Assembly (NCBI RefSeq): GCF_039877785.1
Contig: NC_092066.1
Span: 5,379,152-5,443,151 of the forward strand
Source of the DNA: Chaetodon trifascialis
Lineage: Eukaryota
DNA length: 64,000 nt
Direction: 5' to 3'
The first letter of the stretch is position 1. Each line of letters starts with the position of its first letter. Shown piece by piece: positions 10,512 through 21,000 of this stretch. A model generated the notes under the pieces. That model was not told the origin of the DNA, did not search any database, and saw nothing but the letters and a program-made list of their open reading frames with translations. The position numbers and the translations under genes are program-made.

Positions 10512-13500
10512 CTGATCAGCTTCTGTCAAAAACACCCTCCTCCTCACGCTCCTCCTCATCCCCTTTACCTCCCTTTAAATCCAGCTTGCTCGTCGTCAAA
10601 CCTCACCGTCCTCCTGCTCCGACACACTGTGTGACTGTGTGTGTGTGTGTGTGTGTGTGCGTGTGTGCGTGTGTGTGTCCTTGTCAGGTCAAAGGCAACA
10701 TGATCCAGCGAGAGAGCAAAGAAAGAAGTGAAACGCCGTCGGTCCCACCCAGACCAACTGAAGAGGTTCACAAGCAGTAGAACACAACTGGCACTCAGAG
10801 ACGTGGTCCATGTGAGACTATTCGTCCGTCCCTCTGCTGTGAATTTTATACTTAACGCTGTGATCTTTCCTCAGGAGATGAAGAGCATATCGACATACAG
10901 CAAAGTAAAACCAAGAGGAACTGAGGGTCATCAGGTACAGTTTGCACTTCTCAGATTTGCTCAGTGACTTGTGGGCTGTCTGCACATCTCTGCTTCCTCA
11001 GAGCCTGAATATATTTGAAGATATCTGTTAAAATACAATTAAAAGGAGTTAATGATTTTATATTCCAGCAAGCCACACAATGCTTCTGACTGTCATGCTT
11101 TGTATGGAAAGGTGTCACTAGTTTCTCATACTTTGTCCTCTGCAGGACAACAAGGACGTGAACTCCAGAGAGAAAAAAGCTAAAGCTGCAGAAAGTCCTG
11201 AAGTTCCCGTCAGACCTTCAGATGAGGTAGTTTAAGCTTTCAGCCTTATAGGAAAAAATGTCTGTGTGTCAGTTTGGAGCTGATGTGTGGTTAAAGAAAC
11301 TGCTCTGCTTTAATTTCAGGAGCTGAGCAGAGCAGAGAGACGTGCTCTGCAGAAGCACCATCAGGTACGGACAGTCAGGCCAACATATTGGTTTGTTATT
11401 GAATATCAGCTATTGGATATAATGGAGTTTTTTTCCCCCCTGAGTCAGAAATGTGTTTTGCTTATTGTTCCTTCACTTGATGTTTAACCTTCACTGTGCA
11501 GAACGAAGCATGTGCAGACTTTGACTCTTTGTCGAAAACACTTTTCCTGAGATTACTGTAGTTATAATCTAATGAGTTTAATTTGCTGCAGAGCCAATCA
11601 GATGACGAAGGCCTCAAAAACGAAGAATCTGCTGAAGCCAAAGGGAGAGACGAGAGCAAAACAGTACGTTTATCTCTTCATCACTGTCGATAAGATTGCA
11701 TTAATTGCTAATCAGAGGCTGACTGACTGCAGTATTTATCTTACGTCTGTGTGTGCTGAGCGTGAGACTTTCTCTGTCAGTCTATGTGTGATAGGACTCC
11801 ACATACATGAAGGTGTAAACAAACACAGTATTTGCTCCAACATGTAAACGTTCTAGTTCCTGCTTCCTACTTATCACTTCTTTCATTCAAATGACATGCG
11901 ATACCTCCGGGTTATTGTTACTGTGAGGTTTGTCCAAGCTCGTGGATTGAACTTCTTAACATCAGCTTCATTGTTGTATAATTCATAGACATTTCTCCAA
12001 AGTTCAGCCTGATATATTTGGTATTCCACTTTGGGATATCCGGTAGATTAGAACGATGTTTGGCTGCACAGCATGAATTTCTTTCCCCACAAAGCCACTG
12101 CTTATTGAGGGGCTGTTCAGTGGAAATAGTAAATCTCTCAGTGATGGGAGCAGATGATAATGAGATGAGACATACAGAAATAGAATAGTTACCTGCATGT
12201 TTGAGGGAAGTTATAGCCTCTCATCTAACACATCATCACTGTGCCGTTTCTTTTACAGACCAAGGTGAAAAAGCATCATAATCCGTTTATGCCTCGTGCA
12301 GCTGCTAAGGTTTGTTTTATTTTGATGTTTGCACTTCTTGTAGAGTCATGAAGACATTTGTCTTCTTTGCTCGTCCCTCAGTTTGTGAGACACGATGTTT
12401 GATTCATTACCTCCTCAAATCTTTGGCAAAGGCTGCAGAATGTTAGAATCTAAGTTCATTCACATGCAGCCTTGTGTAACCTCTTTCCTCCGGGCACTGA
12501 TTTGTTTCACTGCTATGCTCACACTTTGTTGTTTACTTCAGGCTCCGTCTGATGATGAGGGGCTGGGAGAAGAAGATGATCCTTCGTCCAAAGAGGAGCA
12601 GAAAGACGAGGAGGGCAAAGACAAAACAGAGGAGGTCTTTTAACTCATTTCCTTCCGCTCCATCTTTGCTTGTTGATTGGTTAAACAGTCAGCTGGAACA
12701 AATGCTTCAAAATCTTCCTCAAAGTAACACAGAAATCCTGATTTTTTTTTTCCTTTTTTTCATTTCAGACAAAAGTCAAGAAACCTAAAAGACACAATCC
12801 CTTCATGCCTCGAGTCAAGGTAACAGTCAAATATGTACCAGCTTGCTTCCTCACGTGTGGACAAAGCCTGCTTGTGTTTTAACACATCAGCTAACTGCAC
12901 TTTGTCCTCATTGAGCAGTTCACATCATTGAGGACAACACGATCGTCCGCATCCTTCCACCCTAAAAACAAAAATCAGGCATTTTTGTTCTCAGACAGCG
13001 GCTCTGTATCAGTCTGCAGCCTGTTCAGCAGACATTGTGTTTCTGCACGTCGCTGAACTGGAGAAACAAGAATCTGAGTGGGCATGATACGTCATCCTGC
13101 AGGTCACGGTCCTGAAGCGCTGTACGCCACATCCACCCATTCCAGGCATCCAGTGCTCGTTATTCTCTGCCAATTAAGTTCATTGATAGGTGCGTGTTGA
13201 ATATATGGAGGAAAAAAGTTGATGTCAGCAGGTGTTAACACAAATGAAACACGCTCCAGTGGAGGATCTGCATCACACCAGCCCACGTCAATACAAAGCT
13301 ACGTCAGAAATGCCCTCCTGTTGGCTGTTTAGTGCACATCGTTTGCTTTTCACTCTGTTCTGGTCTGAAACGTCTCTGTGGAACAAAAGAAGCTGTGTCC
13401 ATATCATGTTCACTTCCTCCTGCCGAATGTTCCACAGTGCAACATTTCTCCTTTGTTATGGGAAAGTTGCAGTTAAGCAACACTTTCACCCGTCACCATC

Positions 13501-16500
13501 ATCTCTCTTTGCTCACTGGAGTGCTCCTCTGTGTGACCTTATTTTGGCGAGGTTGCTAAGTTAGCATAGCTGAAATTTCAAATACTGCCTTTTATGAGCA
13601 CGGCATGAGTTTGTCACCCGGTTACTGTTTTGAAGGGAAGAAGTTATCAGTTATTATGCCCTTTTTTGTCATTTTTAAGATGTTAAAAATGATCACTCTT
13701 ACCTGGTGTTGCTTTTGGCGGCCTGTTTTAATTTTAGTCTTAGTCTAGTCTTTGTGTCAAGCTGTCATTTTAGTTTTTATTAGTTTTAGTCACGTTCATA
13801 CTCTTTTTAGTCTAGTTTCAGTCGACTTAAAGTCTGAGTACTTTAGTCTTATTTTAGTCAGAGTTATCCGGGACTATTTTAGTCTAGTTTTAGTTGATGA
13901 AAATTGTATTTTACTCTCTTTTTAGTAATGCAATTCTATTTAACCCAGTCAATATAGTATAAGTACCTAGTAATATAGACGAAACCAAAATTATCTTTTA
14001 GCCAAACCCATTTCACAATTCAAACAAGGTTGTCTTATTATATATTGTTACCTTATAGAGTCAAGAATACACCCATTCCAGACACCAAGACGCTCTGATG
14101 TGAATTTACAACATATTTATTTTACCAAGCAAAGCCGGCTGGCCATCGGTCCTGTTCTCTGTGTCGGTTGTCTGTCGTTAACATTAACCTACCGCAGCTG
14201 CATCTTCTAAATAACGCCGTGAGTGGGAACTAATGCCGTGATGTCACCTGCGACTGCGCAGTGCGACCTGAAGCAGCCCCTGAAGTGAGACACAGGAAAC
14301 AGAAATACTGCAAAATAATAAGAACAACGCGACTAAACGAGACGAAATAACGTTAGAACATTTTGTCTCGTCTTGTTTTAGGCAACTAAAATAAAGAGAC
14401 ATTTTAGCAGAGTTTTTATTTTGTAAACCACATTTAGTTTCATTTTTATTCGTCATCAATATTTCATTATATATTTAGTTATAGTTATCGCCACATGACC
14501 AGCATTTACGTTGCGTCTCGTCTCCTTTTCGTCACACGATAAAGGTTCGTTGACAACGATATTTAGTCAGAATTTTCGTTGACCAAAGCAGCACTACTCC
14601 TACCTCCAGATCAGCTCTGCCTCTGAATAATGGTTGTGTTGCTGTCTGGACTGTATGGGAACCAATATGAGCCTCAAAGCATGTTTTGATAAAGCTATTG
14701 AAAGTGCTTTAACTGTGTGTTTGTGTTCATTGTTTTAGGGCAAAGTTGTAAAGAAGCCTGCGCAGGACGGAGCTGCAGGCAACACAGCAGAGGTAGAGAA
14801 ACAGATGATCTTCAGGAAGTCTTTCTTTCTTTCCTTCAGTCACCTCGCATTACATTTAGAGCGACTTTTAACCTTTTCCCTCCCAGTCTGTGTCTGTGTA
14901 TTTATCCACCAGTCTGACATGTTGCCGTCTTACTCACTGTGGTTCAGGATTATAAAAGGCCTGTTTCAGTCACCCAACCCATCCCTGAAAACAACCCCTT
15001 TCTGTTGTTTGTCTCCAGGGTCTCCGCTCAGCTCCCAGCAGAGACTATTATAGTTGACATGTTTTTTTTTCCTCCACTCTCAACATGAAACCCACCCCCA
15101 CACCTTGGCTCCACCACACGGTCTTTGTGCATGCATGTGTGGAAGATAAGAGGAGGAGGTTGCAATGTGCCCAGACTTGTTTCTCTGCTTCCCTTTTCAG
15201 CGTGTCCATGGAAGATTTAAGCCCTTTGTACTTCTGCAAAAACAGCAGAAATAAGTCAGTTCAGTCAGAATCCTTTTCCCCTCACTTCCTCCTCTTTATC
15301 TCACCATATACAGTGTAAAAAGTGAAACTATGTGACGCTTGATGAGTTCATTTGACTTCTCGCTCTTTTATATGTCTCTCAGCCTTTTTGTCCTGCTGAC
15401 GTACACTTCAGCTGTAGATCCAGACTTTTGGCTTCACACAGGAAAGCATCTTGATGTTAGTTTTGGATTTTTAAGCAGTATTTTTCCTGTTGTTTCAGAA
15501 TGAAGGTGCAAACAGGTCCTTGTTTGACCAACTGGAAGACTTCCGTATTGATCCAACCCAGCCTGAAGACAGACAGGTTTGGCCTCTGAGAGCAAAATAT
15601 GTCACCATAGTATCATTTCAGCATAATCTGACACATTATCAACTATCTCTCCAACAAATAATCCAAGTTTTAGCTTTAGTGCTCATTCATTGGGTAATGT
15701 AAGAAAACTGCAGGTGGCCAGAATGGGTTCAGAACAGATGATGACGATATTTTTCTGTTACGATAGATTCAGAGTCTCTCTATTTTCTTTGTGTATGTTA
15801 CTTAAATGTTGTCAGTTATTATTGTTTCATGCACAGCGTTATGATGTGTTATATTAGTGTATTGTGATGACCAGAGTGAGTGTGAACTGTGTACAACCCA
15901 TGAAGAAAAGCTGCTAATATACAAAAATCAGGATCTTGATTGAATCTCACGGTGTCTTTCAGGATGTGGAGGATCTTATGGAGTGGTGGAACACAGTGGA
16001 AGGTAAATCATAAATAAAATGTTTTTCACTTTGTTTGGCTTTCTTTGGGCTGTGTTTTAAGAGTGGAAGGCCAGTTTTTTAGTTTAACCTTGAACCACTT
16101 ACACTGTGTGACCAAAATATGTGGACGTGCCTGTTTACATACCCTAGTGTGCTGTTTTTCTTGGTTTGGACCCCTACGTTCCTATTAAAGGAAATCTTAA
16201 TGCTGCAGCATACATTTATATTTTAGAAAATAGTGTTCCTCGTTATAAAGTTTCAACATGATGGTGCTTCTGTGCACAAAGCCAGGCCCATAGAGAAATG
16301 GTTTAGTGGCCTGCTCAGAGCCTTGACCTCAACCCCATCCAACACCTTTGGGATGAACTTGAACGCAGACTGCGAGCCAGACTTTATCTCTCCAATGTCA
16401 GTGTCTATTAAAACAGCATATTCGTGCCCATACTTGTGGAATAATGCACTGGATGTTTTGTGTCCACATACTTTTGGCCATATAATATAAGTAGGATTGT

Positions 16501-16587
16501 GAGAAAGCTAATATCGTTCTTTATTACTCCTTCAGTTTGGGAAGACACGCCTCAAGATGATGACATGACGGAAAAAGAAGAGGCGAA
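8617..16587 (+). CDS. ApoL-repeat gene 1, middle exons: additional repeat modules and linker exons joining the array to the ApoL domain
   Basis: Exons carry AG...GT boundaries and are in frame, phase 0 unless noted.
- 8617-8682: DKEKAERSSENTSTTEKPKAKQ
- 8798-8845: NGFSAMMKSTFYTDKQ
- 9041-9109: EKNPDSDREEILDSGEGQPSQKQ
- 9214-9267: SKLAETMTKLNPFRSANK
- 9407-9478: PEKQAGSDDEDPPASSEKSSGNKQ
- 9861-9914: STVVGAMSKLNLFRSANK
- 10355-10420: KDTEDTETLKEDGKQVEEKPKM
- 10688-10765: VKGNMIQRESKERSETPSVPPRPTEE (weak donor gttcac; an in-frame stop lies 15 nt downstream)
- 10875-10934: EMKSISTYSKVKPRGTEGHQ
- 11146-11226: DNKDVNSREKKAKAAESPEVPVRPSDE
- 11320-11364: ELSRAERRALQKHHQ
- 11592-11663: SQSDDEGLKNEESAEAKGRDESKT
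- 12259-12309: TKVKKHHNPFMPRAAAK
- 12542-12634: APSDDEGLGEEDDPSSKEEQKDEEGKDKTEE
- 12769-12819: TKVKKPKRHNPFMPRVK
- 14739-14792: GKVVKKPAQDGAAGNTAE
- 15499-15576: NEGANRSLFDQLEDFRIDPTQPEDRQ
- 15963-16002: DVEDLMEWWNTVE, ends in phase 1
- 16536-16587: (V)WEDTPQDDDMTEKEEA, ends in phase 2
The 10688-10765 and 25956-26036 exons of the two genes are clear paralogs. Confidence 0.6.
10461..10508. repeat. (CA)n microsatellite
   Basis: A perfect dinucleotide run, with a (GT)n partner at about 10637-10678 on the other side of a short unique segment. Both lie in an intron of gene 1. Confidence 0.95.
13690..14600. repeat. putative non-autonomous DNA-transposon relic, rich in TTTTAGTC/TAGTCT words and with internal palindromes
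   Basis: The words ttagtct/ttttagtc recur densely between 13730 and 13900. A palindromic segment lies at 14330-14390 (cgactaaacgagacgaaataacgttagaacattttgtctcgtc). The element sits within the intron between exons 12819 and 14739. The family is unknown. Confidence 0.3.
16090..16490 (+). mobile_element. internally deleted Tc1/mariner (Tc1-like) DNA transposon relic inside an intron of gene 1
   Basis: The translation contains the Tc1 transposase C-terminal motifs (FQHDGASVHKA...PAQSLDLNPIQHLWDELERRLRARLYLSNVSV, spread over frames because of frameshifts). Inverted terminal repeats are gtgaccaaaatatgtggacgtg (about 16108) and tgtccacatacttttggcc (about 16461). Confidence 0.6.
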
Positions 16588-17078
16588 GTAAGTGAATAGA
16601 TGTTCATATTTATATAACAATAATAATGTAATATTTCACTGTCTGGCATCTTTGCTCTCTCAAAGTGGTATTCAGCCATGCAGATTTCACGTGGAGTGTT
16701 GAGATGTAAAATATCTTCCACGACCTCAATATAATTATGAGAATAAAATTTAATTTGTTCTCTCCTCAAATCTCTGAAACGTCGCATTTGAAAAACTATG
16801 ATTGATAAAAACAGTGACTCAGAAACAATGCCAGCACTCCTCTGGATAATCCACAGAACATGCTGTCAGATGGTTCCTTTATTAGAGTAGCTCCAAAGAA
16901 AAAGCTGATGACAGAAGGTTGTGTGGATTATCAGAAAATCAGAACCTGGTTTCTACGGTTTTGTGGGAGTCGAATGGTTAAATGAAACGATCTGCATGCA
17001 GACGTACACCAGTGGTGAGTGAGAGACGATGACGTTTAAAGATAATGAAGGTTATAACTCTCGTCTTGCTTCTCTCAG

Positions 17079-18021
17079 GGCTTTTGCTGTGACGGCGGAG
17101 AAGGTGCAGAAGGGCATCCGTGTCTTCAACAAACTGTTCTCGGAGCGCGCTGAGAGCCTCTGGCAGCACGTCATCGACCTGAACAGCATCGCAGACGGCC
17201 TGGACAAGTTCAGCAAAAACACAAAGATCGCTCAAATCACCGGCGGCTCCACCAGTGCCATCGGGGGCGTGGCCACCATCGCCGGCCTCGCTCTGGCACC
17301 GGTCACCATGGGAACCTCCTTGATTGTGACAGCGGTGGGACTGGGTGTCGCCACGGCTGGCGGTTTGACGTCGGCAGGCGCCGGCATCTCCAACCAGGTC
17401 AACAACTCTATGGACCGCAAGAAGGTGGAGAAGATCGTGCAGGATTATCAGGAGAAGATGGTCGACCTCAACAAGTGCCTGAAGTTCATCAAGCAGGGAA
17501 TCGAGAACCTGAAGAAGTTCGACCTGATCAAGATGAAAGAACACGCCTACAACCGCGACTTCCCTGTGCTCAGCAGTAGTTTCTACGAGGACGGCGCCAT
17601 GGCAGGAAAGGCCATCCTCATCAACGCAAACGAGATCATGCGCGTGGTGCAGATCGCCAACGTGGCGGGCAGCACGGCGGCCAGAGCGGTCCAGATCGCC
17701 AGCATGGCCACCGGTGTGCTCACCGGACTCTTCGTAGGTATGGACATCTACTTCGTGGCCAAAGACTCCAAAGAACTCAAGAAGGGGGCCAAGTCCGAGT
17801 TTGCCGCCAAAATCAGGGAGGTCGCCACGCAGCTGCACGACGGTCTGGTGGAGCTGAACACGATACGAGAGGAGCTGCAGTGCACCGGGCCGGAAAACAA
17901 GGACGCAGGCGAAGAGAAAGAGAACGAGAAAGAAAACAAATACGACAGTTCAGATGAAGATGAAATCGACCGCATTAAAAAAGCCATTAAAAAGGACATC
18001 GAGAGCCGAGAATACGTTTGA
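17079..18021 (+). CDS. ApoL-repeat gene 1, terminal exon: a complete apolipoprotein-L (ApoL) domain plus a short acidic tail, with the stop at 18019-18021
   Basis: The acceptor is tctctcag|g at 17078, and phase 2 gives K-AFAVTAEKVQKGIRVFNKLF... The translation has the hallmarks of the ApoL family. A glycine/alanine-rich hydrophobic hairpin (KIAQITGGSTSAIGGVATIAGLALAPVTMGTSLIVTAVGLGVATAGGLTSAGAGI) is followed by ...ILINANEIMRVVQIANVAGSTAARAVQIASMATGVLTGLFVGMDIYFVAKDSKELKKGAKSEFAAKIREVATQLHDGLVELN... This matches the long ORF 17029-18021 in the track. An AATAAA at about 19622 could be the polyadenylation signal. Confidence 0.85.
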
Positions 18022-21000
18022 CAGGAACAGGTCAAGGATTCAATGGGAAGTCAGTTTCTCAGTTCCCCCATTTTAAGTGTTTTTGATGTGCCGCACAAAC
18101 CTCAGCATGCTGCTGCTTTGTTAGCATCTGAGAGGTGTTTGGTGCCAGTTTCTTAAAATGGAAAACTAAAATCAGGCCAGTTCTGAAAGCACAAAGACTA
18201 CAGAGGAGGACATACAATGGTTTCTAAAACGTGTGGACTTCTTGAATCACAACAGAGAACAAACAGCATTTATGCGACACTACTACGTGTGAAACAGCCA
18301 CGTTATGTTTAAGAAAATGAGATTCAAATATTTAACTAGCTGATGTATTTGATTATTCCAGTTTTAGATTCATTGAAGAAATAGGTGCAAAGTATTTTTC
18401 AGACTTTTATAATTCAGACTTTAACGTATTGCTTAGAGTTTCATACTGAAAGACAAGGATCAGGTGTGGAGACTGTGTGTACTCTTAGTGATTAGTGCCT
18501 TTATTAGTTATGATGCAGTAGGAAATAACAGTACAATGCAACGTAGCACGAGTCTGTTTCCTTGTGTTTTAACTGGGCTGCAACAAACCACTTCTCCCAG
18601 CTTGAGGCTTGATGATCAATAGGCTTTGTTTTACGTTGTTTTTACAAAAAGAGGCGATGAAATGACCGACTCATGGTGAGAAAGAACCAGGACGAGGTTA
18701 CACCAGCTGCTCGTAAATCCATCACTTTGTGAGTGAAGTCCTTGCTAGCTTGCTTGCTTAGTTCTTACTAGCTGCCATCTACTTTCAAGATAGTGGGTTA
18801 CACATTAAAATTTAAGGAATGGCTCATTTACGAAAGACTTTTTAGTAATTCGTAAATCACTTTTTGGGAAACATCTGTGGCGTCAAAAGTGTGTAAACAG
18901 GAAGCCACAAGCAACACAACTTCCAAACACGCTAATATGACCAGGGTCATGTGGTCGTTTGCTGTAGTTCAATGTTTTAAAGGATTTTTTGGTAATTTGT
19001 TGTATAATGTGTGTTTTTTTTTTAACATAGTTATTAAACAGCATTTCGATCAGGTGTCAGATATGTCAACCATATTTACGTCAGGCTAAACTGGTCATAT
19101 ATTAGCTGGCTAATGTTAGCTTTGACAGGCGGTTCTGCTAGCTTAGCATTTACACCTGGATGCTGCTGGATTTAAATATTTAGTAGCAACTTAACTCTGT
19201 CTGAGAAAGCTTTTGTGGAGCTACTGCTTTTAATTTAGTGACGGGTGAATCTCCACTCAGTAAACACTTTGAAGCACAAGAGTACTTTTAAACGTCTGAA
19301 CGGGTGGTGCGAGCCACAGGTCTTCTGTCATATTAGATGTTTTAATGCTTTCCAGGTGAAAAGGTATCCCTTATTAAACAGCTGACTGTTAAAAACCAGC
19401 CTGGACTGTGTCAGCCGGTCCTGAAAAGACCTGTTTGCTGCTTCCGTTAATGATGGCATTGATTTTTAATAGACTCTTATCTCAAAGTCCATGTTTGATA
19501 TGCCGTCTGATGATGTCAGCTCCGATTAATGAACCTAATATTTATTTTTCAGTCCTATTCTGGGTGTTGTTCAATAATGATACCTTTTAATGTGCAATAT
19601 ATTGTAAAACTCTGTGTGTAATAAATGCAAATGTAAAATTGATAATTAAAGGTCCAAAGAACATTTTCTGCCAGTTTGTGTATTTTGTAAAGTCTGTTTC
19701 CCACCAAGCAAACACTTTATTTCCTTCTGCTGACCGATGTGTGCTTACTGGTGTTACATGCTCAGATAATATCCAGGAGAAACTTCTTTGTCAGTCCTTC
19801 AACACTATTTACTTTTCTTCAGTCATTTCTGTGATGGATGGAAGTCTGCTGGCTGCAAACGTCTCAGTATTTCTGTCATCTGTCACAGTTTTGACATGAT
19901 CAAACCTGTTATCTTGTATAAACACTGTTATGAGAGTACGGTTACATTTATGTTGCCATTACAGGCAATATTTTGCCACCCCCCACACACCACCCAAAAA
20001 AACAAAACAAAACAAAAAAAACCCTGACATATTCATTGTTTTTGTTTTTTCATAGAGACAAAGATGAAATATGTATAATAACACAGATGTAGGGTGACAC
20101 CTGAATGATGGTCAGTACTTCATATTAGAGTGATTTACTAATGTTCAGACCAAATAAAACACTAATACACTCAACAATGACAGTCAAAGCCCATCGTGGC
20201 TTCACACAGGGCCACAGACTACACCCAAGCAGAACAAAGCTGCACCGTGCTGGTCGGGGTTTGGCGCGCACACCCACACCCAACAGGTGTGGTTACAATT
20301 ACATGTGTATATTTATATTTATATGTGCGTGCGTCTGAATTATTTTCCTGTTGTTAGGGGGAGGTTTTGGTTCAAAACATCATTTATTTAGATGATCTAA
20401 TAATATAATTGAACAGTTAAATTATCAAACATAATAATGAAAAATAGAATGTGAGATGTGAAATGATCAGAAAAAATAAAACTTCGTTCACACGTCATTG
20501 TTCTGGTTTCAGGTGAGCGTTGCATTTTTCCTCTCTGTTTTTGACACTGTTGACACTCCTGAAACTGATGAGTCACAGCCAACAGGCACAGGTAGACCTC
20601 AAACTGGCCACGCCCCTTCTCAGGTGCGTCCACAGACACCAGAAACCCAGGACGGAGAACGAATCCGCATCCTCTCGACTGAGGAAACCAGGTGAGATGT
20701 TCGACTTTCGATGCTGCGTTTAATCTTGGGAGCAGTTATCAGACAGACTGAGTGACTAATATTTTTTTTTATTTGGCAGAAAGTCGCCTTGTTATATAAC
20801 AGGTGAGTTCGTTGTGAGGGTTTGAGGCTCAGGAGCTCCCAGGGCGTGTTTTGGTTTGTTTAAGATGCTTTGTTCGACCTGTCAGGAGTGTTGCCTTTGG
20901 GTGGTGTCGGAAATGTTGGTGTAATGTGGAGGTCAGAGAATCATGGGAACAGGTAGCTTGAACATGAGCAGATAAGATTGAAAGCTGCATTGACAGTGAT

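Noticed and set aside
16978-17838. 286-aa minus-strand ORF
   Set aside because: It is antisense to the ApoL-domain exon of gene 1, in a GC-rich stretch with few stops. It has no recognisable motifs, whereas the + frame has clear ApoL homology.
20498-20805. Possible extra 5' exons of gene 2 (a segment ending in ...gaaaccag|gtgagatg at 20694, and a mini-exon 20779-20794 with a gtgagt donor)
   Set aside because: They have donor-like sites only, with no supporting acceptor or coding similarity to gene 1's 5' exons. They are too speculative to annotate.
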